Below, piece by piece: positions 7,084 to 17,833 of a DNA stretch of 64,000 nt. The translations under genes and the position numbers were made by a program. Position 1 is the first letter of the stretch. Each line of letters opens with the position of its first letter. The notes beneath the pieces were generated by a model, which searched no databases, was not told where the DNA came from, and worked only from the letters and a program-made list of their open reading frames with translations. Source of the stretch: Escherichia phage CJ20. The stretch is from sequence record MT533174.1; one strand, 5' to 3'.

Positions 7084-10000
7084 TTAATTAAGTTTTGCTT
7101 CAAGTTCTTTAACTTTAGCCGACAGAGTTTTAACTGCTTCAATTAACAGAGCAACTTGTGCCTGGGTTGAAACGGTAAGAACTTTGTTACCTTTAATGTC
7201 GTCAACTTCACGAATAGCTTCAGGTAATACTTTTTCTAAACTCTGTGCAATAACACCTGCTTCGGTATGAACAACTTCGCCACCAATATAATCAGCTTTA
7301 TCATAGATTAAACCGTCTAGCTGTTCAACCTTATCAAGAGCATTTTCAATCGGTTTGAAGTTAGATTTCAAACGAATATCAGAACGAATATAAACGTTCG
7401 GGGCGTTAATATTCATATCCGAATAAGTATCACCTGACTGGAATCTCATGCGGCGGGCGGCATTAGTAATAATATCAAAAATACCGTCACCGCTCTGTTT
7501 AATACCAGTGTCATTATCACCGATTGCAATCGAGTTGCCACCAAGTGCGTTATTGATGTTAATACCAAATGAATTCATTTGATTAACACCAGATACAGTA
7601 GCGTTATTTAATACAAAGCGGTTAGCCCCGCCTGGAGTTTTTTCAAAGTAAGCAATATAGTTAGTTTCATCGGCAATTTCAATACGGTTACCGCGCGTAC
7701 CATCACCTGCATGAAATATACTCATATGTCTTGGATTAGCACCAGACTTATTAAAGTGAATATAACCATTATCTTTGATAACAATATCATTATAGAATGT
7801 GGCAAAGTCGCGAACAGATATGCCATTATTCATTGATACTTCACCAGTCGACAAGCTAATTGCGAAAGGACGTTTACTGTTCCAATCACCATTGACTGTA
7901 GCTGCGCCATCAGTAGCATTTTTATCTGTAAACAGAATATAAAAACTTCCACCGTCGTTTCGTAACATTGTAGCAACAGAACCAGTTTTATCATAGTTAC
8001 TTCTGATACGAATACCGGTTTGGTTATTAATAGCTATTTCAGAATCAGCTTCATAACGTTTTACTTTACCTGTGTCTACCAGGTTGTTAAGCATGTTAGC
8101 TACTTGGCCTTTAACATGATCAACTGGCAAAGAATCTACTGGGTTTTGAGTAGGACCAAAAGCGCCGATAACTTCTACGGTAGCATTATCAACTGCATGC
8201 CAGGTATAAGCTAATTGGTTGGCATAAGTACCAGATTCAACATAGACATCATATGTATTTCCTGAGGTATTAACTACAGCAATATCAGTAAGACCCGCAG
8301 CTGTTCTGGTATACATCACGGCGTTTAAACCTAATGGGCGGTCATTACCAGTACGAAGAACAATTTCTGTTATAGCACACTGCGTAAACAGTCCAGTATT
8401 AAATCCTTTACCACCAGTTACGGTAAATGAAGCAGTAGAAGTAGATTGTGGCATTGTTACTGTTGCAAACTTATACCATCCAGCAGTTGCACCGTATGTT
8501 ACAAATCCGGAATTGACCTTACGGTTTAATGTGGTATTCAAGTTAACAAAATTACCAGAACCACCTGTAATATTACCAGTTCTATCAAATCTGACTTGGC
8601 CTGCTATTAAATCGCGAGGTGAAATAAAATCACCGTTTTTAATAAATTCCCATCCAAAATCAGCGGTCTGTGGACCTGAAGAACCGTTATCTCCGCCACC
8701 ATGGTAATGAACTCGGAAATTACCATTATTAATTAAAGTCCCCAATGAATAGCAACCGTTACCTTGAACATAACGCTGTTTCAAAATCGGAACATATGTA
8801 CCAGTATCAGCTCTATCAATATTCATATAGAACGGCGCACGGACATTTTCATTATTCTGGGAAGCAAATGAACCCGCACCAGCTGGTCGAACTGCGTCAG
8901 TGCATTCGGCATCAATATACGATGCTTGTCCTATCTGCATACGGAAATTAGGAGAAATGCGACTATTACTAGTAACAACAACAAGTTTGCTATCATTGTC
9001 CACAGTAATCATATTACCGCCAGCTCCATCATCGCCTAACGTAACAGAATGGCGCATTTGTACCATACCATTATTAAGACTAATACTTAGCGGGCGGAGA
9101 TTACTTATTCCACCACTTTCACCAGCGTCTTTAGGAGTTGGAATAATATGCAATGCCGCTTCTGAACGACGGAAAATAGCACCGTATTCAGCGTTCCAAA
9201 TTCTTAATGCATCTGCTGTTCCACCAATTTTTACTTGTCCGGTAATAGAAGAACCACCACGAATAGTAGCCCCATTTTCAAAAGTAACGCCACCGCCAAA
9301 TGTACCTTTACCGGAAGCAGTAATATCACCAAGGCCTATGATATGGCCTGTTTCAACAGTTCCGTTAAACTTAAAGTTGACAGGTCCTATACCTCCGGCA
9401 ACGGCCGGATTTGTACGCTGGGCATAAAAATAATAACCTTGCGAATCTGATACTTCAAATACAGTTTCTCTGTTACCGCCGCCTGCATTAAATGAATTAC
9501 CCCAAGCTTTAAGTGTTACAGTGTTTTTGTTTTGACCGTTACGAAGACCTGCGTCCCAATTGATAGTTTTAGTACCATCAACACCAGAAGGCGCTTTAAA
9601 CGATAAAGCATTAGTATTATCATCACCATTTAAAAACAAGCCCGTACGCATAGAAATACGCTGGGTGGAGTTAATTGTTCCGTCCGCTCTAATAGCAACG
9701 CTATTGGAACCGGTTTTAATATCTAAAATTCCTGGTTCAACAATTAAACCTTCTGCCATACCAACAGCCATACGACCCGTGCCACGGAAATAGTGATACA
9801 TTTTAGAATTGCTGTTATAACCGATATGAGTCTGACCATCACCGTTATTATTACCATCAACCTCGGTACGCGCAGTAAACATTGCTTGGTTGTTATTTGG
9901 GAAATCCCAAGTAGAACCAGAATCTCGACTATAACCAACCATCAATTTTTTAGTACTATTAATACCGTTATTAAGAATAGTTGCAGATGAAATACCATTG

Positions 10001-11016
10001 GCCATTAAATCGATAACGCCGTCACGGACCCATTTAATACCTGTATCGTTATCACCAATGGCAATACCTATAGAAATAGCTGAATCTAATGGATAACGAC
10101 CATTTACGCCACTATCAGGAAGACCTACCGAAATAGATTTACCTGCAGTAATACGCCCACTAGTATCAAACGCCCATTGGAAAGATGAAGGCCCAATACC
10201 AGTCCACCAAGAAATTTCTTGTGGCTTACCTTTGCGACAATCAGCAATTTCATGGAAAATACTTGATGCACTTGATGCGCGTAATTTACGCAAATAGTTT
10301 AAACCGTTAGTAGTATCATCAGAACCATCAGCTGGTGGGTTATAAACCCAGGTCGGTAATGAAACCCAGTCATAGCCGATGTTGGCATTTGCAACAAATG
10401 ATTTTGTACTGAAATTAATATTTTTGGTAACAATTTCAGGTCCAGTGATAATACCGTTGGCCGAGTTAATATTACCCGAAGCCGAAATATTACCTGCGCG
10501 GACCTCAATATTGCCATTATCTACAATAAAACTACCATTACGATTAAAAGTCCAATATTTTGAATCACCCGCTTCATTAATATAATGGAATTTAAAACTG
10601 CCTTCGCTTACTAATGTACCTGCTGAAAAAGTGCCGTCTTTATAACGTTGCTTAATCAAAGGGTGATATTCTGATACTGAGGTAGTTGAACTCAAATCCG
10701 TAAAGATAGGTGCTTTAGTCAGATGTTGGTTTGCCCATGCGCCATTACCGGCGGTCTTAGGTAAAAATTCAATATATTTACCGGCATAAACAAATTGGTT
10801 ACCGTTAAGGTTAAATGTCCCATTTTGAAGAACATCCCCATCAATAGTTCCGCCTTTTGCAAAGCCCAAATCAATAATCTGTCCTTGGTCGGATTTAGTA
10901 AAAATAGTGCGGTCACGCAAGTTAATAGCCAGTTCGCCTTCATCTAACTGAGCTGCAGTAGGCTTGGCTCCTGGTGTTTTACTTCTTTTAAATTGTATCG
11001 ATTTTAAAGTAGCCAT
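7084..11016 (-). CDS. 37: long tail fibre distal subunit gp37 (1310 aa) with C-terminal intramolecular chaperone domain
   Basis: N-terminus and central blocks match recalled T4 gp37; C-terminal SDIRLK motif plus coiled coil. Confidence 0.85.
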   Translation of the reverse strand: MATLKSIQFKRSKTPGAKPTAAQLDEGELAINLRDRTIFTKSDQGQIIDLGFAKGGTIDGDVLQNGTFNLNGNQFVYAGKYIEFLPKTAGNGAWANQHLTKAPIFTDLSSTTSVSEYHPLIKQRYKDGTFSAGTLVSEGSFKFHYINEAGDSKYWTFNRNGSFIVDNGNIEVRAGNISASGNINSANGIITGPEIVTKNINFSTKSFVANANIGYDWVSLPTWVYNPPADGSDDTTNGLNYLRKLRASSASSIFHEIADCRKGKPQEISWWTGIGPSSFQWAFDTSGRITAGKSISVGLPDSGVNGRYPLDSAISIGIAIGDNDTGIKWVRDGVIDLMANGISSATILNNGINSTKKLMVGYSRDSGSTWDFPNNNQAMFTARTEVDGNNNGDGQTHIGYNSNSKMYHYFRGTGRMAVGMAEGLIVEPGILDIKTGSNSVAIRADGTINSTQRISMRTGLFLNGDDNTNALSFKAPSGVDGTKTINWDAGLRNGQNKNTVTLKAWGNSFNAGGGNRETVFEVSDSQGYYFYAQRTNPAVAGGIGPVNFKFNGTVETGHIIGLGDITASGKGTFGGGVTFENGATIRGGSSITGQVKIGGTADALRIWNAEYGAIFRRSEAALHIIPTPKDAGESGGISNLRPLSISLNNGMVQMRHSVTLGDDGAGGNMITVDNDSKLVVVTSNSRISPNFRMQIGQASYIDAECTDAVRPAGAGSFASQNNENVRAPFYMNIDRADTGTYVPILKQRYVQGNGCYSLGTLINNGNFRVHYHGGGDNGSSGPQTADFGWEFIKNGDFISPRDLIAGQVRFDRTGNITGGSGNFVNLNTTLNRKVNSGFVTYGATAGWYKFATVTMPQSTSTASFTVTGGKGFNTGLFTQCAITEIVLRTGNDRPLGLNAVMYTRTAAGLTDIAVVNTSGNTYDVYVESGTYANQLAYTWHAVDNATVEVIGAFGPTQNPVDSLPVDHVKGQVANMLNNLVDTGKVKRYEADSEIAINNQTGIRIRSNYDKTGSVATMLRNDGGSFYILFTDKNATDGAATVNGDWNSKRPFAISLSTGEVSMNNGISVRDFATFYNDIVIKDNGYIHFNKSGANPRHMSIFHAGDGTRGNRIEIADETNYIAYFEKTPGGANRFVLNNATVSGVNQMNSFGININNALGGNSIAIGDNDTGIKQSGDGIFDIITNAARRMRFQSGDTYSDMNINAPNVYIRSDIRLKSNFKPIENALDKVEQLDGLIYDKADYIGGEVVHTEAGVIAQSLEKVLPEAIREVDDIKGNKVLTVSTQAQVALLIEAVKTLSAKVKELEAKLN

Positions 11017-11024
11017 AATGCCTC

Positions 11025-11684
11025 TTAATAATATCCAAAATCTTCAGATGTACCTCTAAGAACAACCTGGTCAATACGAGGAACGTGTTCGTTCAATGTA
11101 CCTGGGTTCCTAGATATGAAATTCGGGGCTGAAAGAACACCAGCCATAGATTGTATGTTACTATTATTTATTTGGACCTGTTTTGCGTTATCCACATCAC
11201 TTAATCCAACTTGTGCTTTTGACGGAGTATTCCCTGGAGAAAACACTCGACCTGATTCGTCTTTAATTTGACGACCAAGGATATCACCCATTACAGTAAG
11301 ACGGTTTGCACCTATAACAGTAGTCGGGTCGAAAATTACAAACGGTGTACCATCCGATGTCTCAAGACCCATACCTTTGCTCATTCTAAATGAGAAAGAA
11401 TATGTAGCAGACATCGGGGAGTTGTTTACTTTACGTCCTAATTTAACCCAATACCCATCAGTGTCTTTAAACTGTAAATCTTTATCAAACCCTACAGTGT
11501 TTAAATATGTCCCACCTGCTGCTTTAGAAACAAAGTCGTTATCTGCTGCTTGCGGTTTATTGAATTCTGTATATACTTTATATGTTTTGTAAAATAAATC
11601 ATTGCTTACGGGCGTCAACGGAAAATTGCCCTGGTGCCATATTACTGACCCGCCAGTCGTTGAGCCTACTCTTAAATCGGCCAT
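11025..11684 (-). CDS. 36: long tail fibre subunit gp36 (219 aa)
   Basis: Size and position between genes 35 and 37 as in T4. Confidence 0.7.
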   Translation of the reverse strand: MADLRVGSTTGGSVIWHQGNFPLTPVSNDLFYKTYKVYTEFNKPQAADNDFVSKAAGGTYLNTVGFDKDLQFKDTDGYWVKLGRKVNNSPMSATYSFSFRMSKGMGLETSDGTPFVIFDPTTVIGANRLTVMGDILGRQIKDESGRVFSPGNTPSKAQVGLSDVDNAKQVQINNSNIQSMAGVLSAPNFISRNPGTLNEHVPRIDQVVLRGTSEDFGYY

Positions 11685-11709
11685 ATTAGTTCCCCTTATT
11701 AGATAGGAG

Positions 11710-11717
11710 TATTTATA
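11710..11717 (-). promoter_or_regulatory. late promoter TATAAATA upstream of gene 36
   Basis: TATAAATA on minus strand about 26 nt upstream of gene 36 ATG. Confidence 0.55.
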
Positions 11718-11720
11718 ACG

Positions 11721-11745
11721 AAAAAAGGACCCGAAGGTCCTTATT
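11721..11745 (-). terminator. rho-independent terminator after gene 35 (GGACC-UUCG-GGUCC + U6)
   Basis: GC hairpin followed by U-run on minus-strand transcript, between gene 35 stop and gene 36 late promoter. Confidence 0.55.
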
Positions 11746-12877
11746 GTTTTTCTCTGAATTCCGCGGCAAATACGAATCCAGCTTGACTGGACCTTGTTGC
11801 ATTTTTATCATTCAATTGTGCAATGACATTACCCATATTACCTGGTTCTCCAGCCACAACCATTCTTATGCCGTTAATACCGATTTCTGCGGATTTAGCC
11901 TGTGTTTCTTGTCGAGCGATTTCTGTAAAGAAAATATTCCTTACTCCACCTTGTCCAGCAGCAACGGTCTTCCTTGCATACAATGTAAATCCATCAGCAT
12001 TCGGTGGAACAACAACATAACGTTCAAACGTCATCCATGCACCAGCCGGTGGACTTGCTTGACCTGTAGATGGGATATCATAATCGTTTGACTGAATCAT
12101 CGTCTGACCATTAAAGAATCGAACAGACATCTGAGTTGTTCCAAGGTCTTTAAGCGCCTGGTCATATGTCAGCTGAAACTTCAGGTAAAAAGTATCACCA
12201 GGGGCCATATTATAATCGGCCGCAGGAGTGATGGGAGAGTCTGTGGGGAAGCGTTTTATTTCTTGTGTACTATTACTATAATATGTGTTTCCGTCTTCCA
12301 CGACGCGCAGAGGGAATCCTGTGCCACCCACATCAGCAAAGTCGTCGTACACCATTTCCAATGGAGTCAATACATCTTCAACAGTTTTCCCGTCATTATA
12401 CAACACATGCTCTTTAACGATTGCATTTCGACCAGAGATATAAAAAGCCGAATACGAAGTATCAACTTGGTCAATCAACCACTTATCCGGAAATGCAGTC
12501 GAGCCGCGTGTTCTGAACCAATCAATTAAAGTTTGGGAAGCATTCAATTTCCCCTGCGATATCAAACAAACAATCCTACCCGCTGGAATGGAATTAATAT
12601 AAGTCACAAAGGCCTGTGAAATGACATCATAGTCTTTTGTGAAACCATAGTTTTTGGTTGCAGTGATTGTATTTGTTACTGGGTCAATCTCAATAAGGTT
12701 TAATCCATTTTGGAAGTTCTGAGGCCCGAAGGCCTCATCTTGAAACTTAACGTAGGGATAGTTTGGCGATTTGGTACAAGTCCCAGCAATCGACAATTTA
12801 TATCTTACTGCGTTATTTTCAGAAAGCACGGGAACTTGGACATATCCCTGTCCAAATTCAGCCATAAATCTTTCCAT
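11741..12877 (-). CDS. 35: long tail fibre hinge protein gp35 (378 aa)
   Basis: Size and position between genes 34 and 36 as in T4. Confidence 0.7.
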   Translation of the reverse strand: MERFMAEFGQGYVQVPVLSENNAVRYKLSIAGTCTKSPNYPYVKFQDEAFGPQNFQNGLNLIEIDPVTNTITATKNYGFTKDYDVISQAFVTYINSIPAGRIVCLISQGKLNASQTLIDWFRTRGSTAFPDKWLIDQVDTSYSAFYISGRNAIVKEHVLYNDGKTVEDVLTPLEMVYDDFADVGGTGFPLRVVEDGNTYYSNSTQEIKRFPTDSPITPAADYNMAPGDTFYLKFQLTYDQALKDLGTTQMSVRFFNGQTMIQSNDYDIPSTGQASPPAGAWMTFERYVVVPPNADGFTLYARKTVAAGQGGVRNIFFTEIARQETQAKSAEIGINGIRMVVAGEPGNMGNVIAQLNDKNATRSSQAGFVFAAEFREKQ

Positions 12878-12885
12878 AATACCTC

Positions 12886-15800
12886 TTATGGTGTATCAAT
12901 CCATTCGAATTTAACGGATTTAGTTACTGGGTCCGGAACAATACGTACGTTACCGATTCTTAACCAATCCCTGATAGTCAGGTTACTCATCGAAGCGTTA
13001 TCAGCAGGCAATGCACCAATATCCGACGGCTGAGGTGGGTTACCGCCATCAAAGACCTGAACAAAACCAGACCATGCGTTTTTGTTCTGCTGCCATGTAC
13101 GAGTCCAACGAGTGGTGCTTGCATTAGCAGTATTCGGATAAGTAATCCAGTCTTGATAGAGTGAATTCAGCGTGTTGCCAAACTGAGTCAATGTACCAGG
13201 TGATTTAACTTCTTCACCACGCTCCAAATAAGGCAGACCAGTTACTTCGTTAGTCTTTTCAACCATTTTGAAATAACCAGGGAATTGCTTATAAGTGGCT
13301 TCGTCATTAACGTCAACGGACCAGAAACCGGTATTATCTGCATTAGGTTTTCTAGAATAAAGGTCCGCAGGTTTAGTACCCTGAGAACGAATTCTCGAGT
13401 TAACAGTTAAACCACCCAAATTTATAGTAGCACCTTTGGCAATGATTAAGCTTTCACCAATCGTTACTTGGCCAGATGTATTACTAATAGCTAATGGTCT
13501 TAATCCGTTAAAGCCACCAGTCTGGTCATTTGCATTTGTAAGCATGAAATAGATGTTCGAGTTATCATTACGAATAAAGAACCCGTACTGTCCATTAATA
13601 GCTCTAAATGCGTTTGCACTATAGGTTATAAATTCACCTTGTGCAGTCACCGAACGTCCAAATGTTGCCGCACCATTAGCATTCAATGTTCCGGATGCAT
13701 TAACGTTAATCGGTTGAACTGTGCCGTTGATACTAAAAGTAATATTACCAAGATTATTCCGTTGCGAATAAAAGTGATTAGATGTTTCATCACCAACTTC
13801 AAACACGGTAGAACGAGTCGTATCCGAACCGCCACCATACTGGTTACCCCACACACGGATGCTCATTGACTGAACCGGGTTTGCACCGGATGCAGGACCT
13901 TTTTCGAAAACGATACGGGTCGGAGTTCCTGTGTTACGTATAGTAAATGTGGAGTTAGCAGCCAACGAGCCACCAAATTCACCGGTACCACCAGTCGCCA
14001 GCTGACCATCAACTCTTATGTTCTTTCTAAGGGTTAATGTACCTTCAACGATTTGGTCAATATCACGACGAATGAACTGCGTGCTATCCAGGTTATCCAG
14101 TTTATCCGAGTCTGCGGCTTTAGCTAAACGCGGCAGGAAGTTACCAAGGGTTTTGTTTAACTCATACGGAGAGATAGCATAGCTATTTTTCTCGTACAGG
14201 TCAAGAGCCTGGGTCGAACCTGCAGTTGCATTACCGACAAAAGTAATTGCACCTTCAGACATCTTAGCAAAGCCGCGGGTCGTCGTGGTTGCTGCCCATG
14301 TTGGTTCGGACTGCGCAATCCATTTCAGACTAACCGGAGAAACAGCCAGAACTGAACTTGTTCCTGCGATAGTTTCTGCGCGAGTAGCGATGCGAACAAT
14401 ACCTTCGGTGCCTTCTGTGGCTTTTTTCGACATCAACTTAAGCGGAGTAACGATTGTTTTATCGTCAGTACCAGTATTAACTTCAAGTTGAGTAGCCAGT
14501 CTTGCAGTGCCACGTTGAGTCTCATTTGCTTCAAGAATATTCAGCGTATAATGGTCCCAGAGCGTCCCTGTTTCTACTAAACCACTTGCTGCAATAACAG
14601 AAGTACGAGCAGTATTATTAAGTCTAGTTTTAATTTTTAATGGCGTTGCGATACGAGTATCATCAGTGCCAGTATCAAATTCTGATTGCGTAGCAATCTC
14701 GGCTATGCCGGATAATGATTCTGTTGCTTTACGGTCATTCAACGTTTTAGGAGTCACAGCTCTGGTATAATCGGTTCCGGCATTAGTTTCAGCCTGAGTT
14801 GCAATCTCGATTAAACCATGGTTTGAATCTGTTGCTCTGCGTGCACCTAATGTTTCCGGAGTCACGACCGAGTTACTGAATCCTGTATTTGTTGCCCCGG
14901 CGTTAACTTCTGACTGAGTAGCCAGATATACAGCACCTTGGTTATTCTGGTCAGCTTTATATTGGTCCAAAGCTTTCGGAGAAATTACCAGAGTGGTTGT
15001 ATTTTTATTATAAACGTTTGTCCCAACAGTTATACGGCTTGCTGCTGGAGTAGTCCCAGTAGTAGGAACATACTTAACGATACCAGATAAGCTTTCGGAG
15101 CCCTGACGAGCTTGTAGCTTGCGTGGAGTGATGATTGTAGTATCATCTATACCTGCATCAGTTTCTTGCTGTGTGGCGATTTCTGCGAGCCCACGTCTTG
15201 TTTCTGTAGCTGTACGTTCGTTTAACTTTTTCGGAGAAACGATAATATCATCCTGGAAAGCAAAAGTCGTATCCTGGTTCACCTGAGCAGTGTTAGCAAT
15301 TCGTGCAATACCACGACGTGATTCAGTAGCCACACGGTTAGCCAAAGTCTGCGGAGTAATTGCTAATTCTTTTTCAGGGTTATTTTCATGGTCAACGTTG
15401 GCCTGTGCCTGGTTAGCCAATGCAATAACACCCAGACGAGCACGGGTCAAATCATCCTTCGAGTCAACTCGTTCTACAGTCGGAACGTTTTGCGCAACAA
15501 CCCAATAGTTAATGTTCTTAACCGTATCTTCAAGATAACTTAATTCGATAACTGGCGTATAACTTATGTTACCATTGAAAGTCAAAGAGTCAACCAATAC
15601 CCATTCAGTATCCGGTGGATATTCCGAACGTTTCGGGAACTGGAGCAGCTGAACAGAAGACGCGATTTTATCAGTAGCCGAAGCTTTAATATTAACAGTC
15701 TGTGCCTTGCGAAGATAGTTCAGAGCAATCTTAACTACGTCCCCTGGACGAACACCCGTCGGAAGGTCGATGTTAATTGTCTGCGAGGTGTTGTTATCAT

Positions 15801-16785
15801 TACCGAACACGATAATACTTTCGTTTGACAGCAATTTCACACTGTCACGGATTACGCGCAGGCGAGTTTTGTTATCACCATCCCAAGTCACCCACAGTTT
15901 TTCAGTGGCATTATAAACGAAGAAGCCATCACCAGTTGTACGGAATTCCATACTGTGCTGACCCTGTTTACCCAGAGAGCTTGACTCGTCAAACGTTTCA
16001 ACATCCAGGTGATATAATGGCCCTAATCCATCTATGTCTACCGATTTGACAATATCACCTTGGTTAGCATACTTAGGAAGAACAAATGTAATTTTTTCTG
16101 CAGTCGTATAATGACGCATAATAAAATCTGATGCTTGAGTTCGATATTTACCAGAGCTTGGTTCAATTCTTATTCCGCGTTCTTCGTTACCGGCTTCCCA
16201 AAACTGCCATAAGCGGTTTGAAAAGATAAGCATGTTATAAGAGAACGGTTTTGTAATTAAAACTTCTGAATACTGATTACCAAAACGAACAATCTTTTGG
16301 TTACCTTGACCAGGTACGTTGCTCGATTGAACTTTGATTTCATTATAACCGGTATTACCACCGATATCTTTAATAACGATGGTATCACCATCAGTCGGGT
16401 TCGGGGGTAATGTAAATGTGGTAAAGCTTGCAGCTGAGTCGACCGCGATAAATTCCCCGGAATTAAGCTGACGAGTCGGAGATGCAACAGTTTCCCATTT
16501 CGGGTCAGTACGGGTTGCAGTCCAATATTGCTGAACAAATGAGCCAGCTGGTTCTGCGATTTCGCGTTGGGAAACCCAAATACGGTTATCATAGATAACT
16601 GCGAAGTTCTTTTTGTATCCACGCGTTGCATCATATTGTTGAACTGTGTTTTCTTCTATAAAGAAATCTACGTTAACGCCGTCTGACAAAACTGAGTAAT
16701 CAGCTTTAGCGACATTAATGACTTTCTCACCAGCAGCATCGAGACCGGATGTTGCTCTGAATGCTGGTTTTAAAATATCGGCCAT
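12886..16785 (-). CDS. 34: long tail fibre proximal subunit gp34 (1299 aa)
   Basis: Size close to T4 gp34 (1289 aa); first gene of 34-38 cluster; internal repeats. Confidence 0.8.
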   Translation of the reverse strand: MADILKPAFRATSGLDAAGEKVINVAKADYSVLSDGVNVDFFIEENTVQQYDATRGYKKNFAVIYDNRIWVSQREIAEPAGSFVQQYWTATRTDPKWETVASPTRQLNSGEFIAVDSAASFTTFTLPPNPTDGDTIVIKDIGGNTGYNEIKVQSSNVPGQGNQKIVRFGNQYSEVLITKPFSYNMLIFSNRLWQFWEAGNEERGIRIEPSSGKYRTQASDFIMRHYTTAEKITFVLPKYANQGDIVKSVDIDGLGPLYHLDVETFDESSSLGKQGQHSMEFRTTGDGFFVYNATEKLWVTWDGDNKTRLRVIRDSVKLLSNESIIVFGNDNNTSQTINIDLPTGVRPGDVVKIALNYLRKAQTVNIKASATDKIASSVQLLQFPKRSEYPPDTEWVLVDSLTFNGNISYTPVIELSYLEDTVKNINYWVVAQNVPTVERVDSKDDLTRARLGVIALANQAQANVDHENNPEKELAITPQTLANRVATESRRGIARIANTAQVNQDTTFAFQDDIIVSPKKLNERTATETRRGLAEIATQQETDAGIDDTTIITPRKLQARQGSESLSGIVKYVPTTGTTPAASRITVGTNVYNKNTTTLVISPKALDQYKADQNNQGAVYLATQSEVNAGATNTGFSNSVVTPETLGARRATDSNHGLIEIATQAETNAGTDYTRAVTPKTLNDRKATESLSGIAEIATQSEFDTGTDDTRIATPLKIKTRLNNTARTSVIAASGLVETGTLWDHYTLNILEANETQRGTARLATQLEVNTGTDDKTIVTPLKLMSKKATEGTEGIVRIATRAETIAGTSSVLAVSPVSLKWIAQSEPTWAATTTTRGFAKMSEGAITFVGNATAGSTQALDLYEKNSYAISPYELNKTLGNFLPRLAKAADSDKLDNLDSTQFIRRDIDQIVEGTLTLRKNIRVDGQLATGGTGEFGGSLAANSTFTIRNTGTPTRIVFEKGPASGANPVQSMSIRVWGNQYGGGSDTTRSTVFEVGDETSNHFYSQRNNLGNITFSINGTVQPINVNASGTLNANGAATFGRSVTAQGEFITYSANAFRAINGQYGFFIRNDNSNIYFMLTNANDQTGGFNGLRPLAISNTSGQVTIGESLIIAKGATINLGGLTVNSRIRSQGTKPADLYSRKPNADNTGFWSVDVNDEATYKQFPGYFKMVEKTNEVTGLPYLERGEEVKSPGTLTQFGNTLNSLYQDWITYPNTANASTTRWTRTWQQNKNAWSGFVQVFDGGNPPQPSDIGALPADNASMSNLTIRDWLRIGNVRIVPDPVTKSVKFEWIDTP
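14390..15380 (-). repeat. internal tandem protein repeats in gp34
   Basis: At least six repeats of a motif like RGIAxIATQxExNxGTDDTxxxTPxxL in the translation. Confidence 0.6.
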
Positions 16786-16815
16786 GTGCTTTATCCTTAT
16801 TGATTGGTATACGTG

Positions 16816-16823
16816 TATTTATA
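16816..16823 (-). promoter_or_regulatory. late promoter TATAAATA upstream of gene 34
   Basis: TATAAATA on minus strand about 31 nt upstream of gene 34 ATG. Confidence 0.6.
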
Positions 16824-16852
16824 TTGCTTTAAAAATTTTATGCTAATATAAT
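16823..16852 (+). promoter_or_regulatory. middle promoter (MotA box ATTGCTTTA + -10 TAATAT/TATAAT) upstream of rnh
   Basis: MotA-box-like TGCTTTA about 12-15 bp upstream of a -10 hexamer; abuts divergent late promoter. Confidence 0.5.
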
Positions 16853-16880
16853 CGAGTCAACTAATTGAACAGAGGTTCAT

Positions 16881-17825
16881 ATGAATTTAGATTTTTTACT
16901 CCCTGAAGAAGACCGTCAAAAAGATGGTTTTCAGTTACTCGATTTTAGTCAGCTCATCATGGCTGCAGCCTTCCAGGAATTCGGCAAAGACGCAGGCTTT
17001 CCGAAGGTAACAACTGCAATGACCCGCCACTTGGTGCTGAACTCTATCCGAAAAAATATCGTGCAGTTCAAGAAGCTCGGTTATACGATTCCAATTATTT
17101 GTGTTGATAACTCGAAGAATGGTTATTGGCGTCGAACGAAATCTTATTATTATAAGAAAAACCGTGCGAAAGCTCGCGAAGAGTCTCAATTCGATTGGGA
17201 AGGTCTACATGCTGCCATGCACATCATCATCGATGAAATGGAAAAACATATGCCTTACATCGTGATGAATATAGATAAAGTCGAGGCTGATGACCATATT
17301 GCAGTATTAACAAAATTGCTCACTGGTCTCGGTCATCCGGTTATGGTTGTTTCTTCAGATGGTGACTTTACCCAGTTGCATAAATTCCCTGGGGTGAAAC
17401 AATGGTCCCCGATGCAGAAAAAATATGTCAAAACTAAATCAGGCGATGCCCTTATGGATTGCGTGACAAAGGTTGTTAAAGGTGACAAAAAAGATAACGT
17501 GTCGAGCATCAAGGTTCGTGGTGATTTTTATTACACTCACGAAGAAGGTGAACGCACTCCACCGACACGTGCAGCCGAGCTTGAACAAATTGCGCTCAAC
17601 TATTACGACCATGACGTGCTGAAAACGCTTTTAACAGAAGAGCAATATAATAGATTCTGTGAAAACCAATTGTTGATTGATATGGACTTTATCCCAACGG
17701 AAATATCCGCTTCAATCTTAGAACGATATAATAACTACGTTATCCCAGCCAAAAGTAAAGTTTATCCTTACTTTGTTAAGTCTGGTCTGTCTAAACTAAC
17801 TGCAAACATTGCTGAATTTTATTAA
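16881..17825 (+). CDS. rnh: RNase H / 5'-3' flap exonuclease (314 aa)
   Basis: Strong similarity to recalled T4 RNase H (GYWRR, YYYKKNRAKAREES, ADDHIAVL, SSDGDFTQLHK, KGDKKDNV). Confidence 0.85.
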   Translation: MNLDFLLPEEDRQKDGFQLLDFSQLIMAAAFQEFGKDAGFPKVTTAMTRHLVLNSIRKNIVQFKKLGYTIPIICVDNSKNGYWRRTKSYYYKKNRAKAREESQFDWEGLHAAMHIIIDEMEKHMPYIVMNIDKVEADDHIAVLTKLLTGLGHPVMVVSSDGDFTQLHKFPGVKQWSPMQKKYVKTKSGDALMDCVTKVVKGDKKDNVSSIKVRGDFYYTHEEGERTPPTRAAELEQIALNYYDHDVLKTLLTEEQYNRFCENQLLIDMDFIPTEISASILERYNNYVIPAKSKVYPYFVKSGLSKLTANIAEFY

Positions 17826-17833
17826 GGTATATT

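Noticed and set aside
8900-9427. 175 aa plus-strand ORF inside gene 37
   Set aside because: Antisense to a well-supported tail fibre gene, with no RBS or promoter; the same applies to other short antisense ORFs within genes 34-37.
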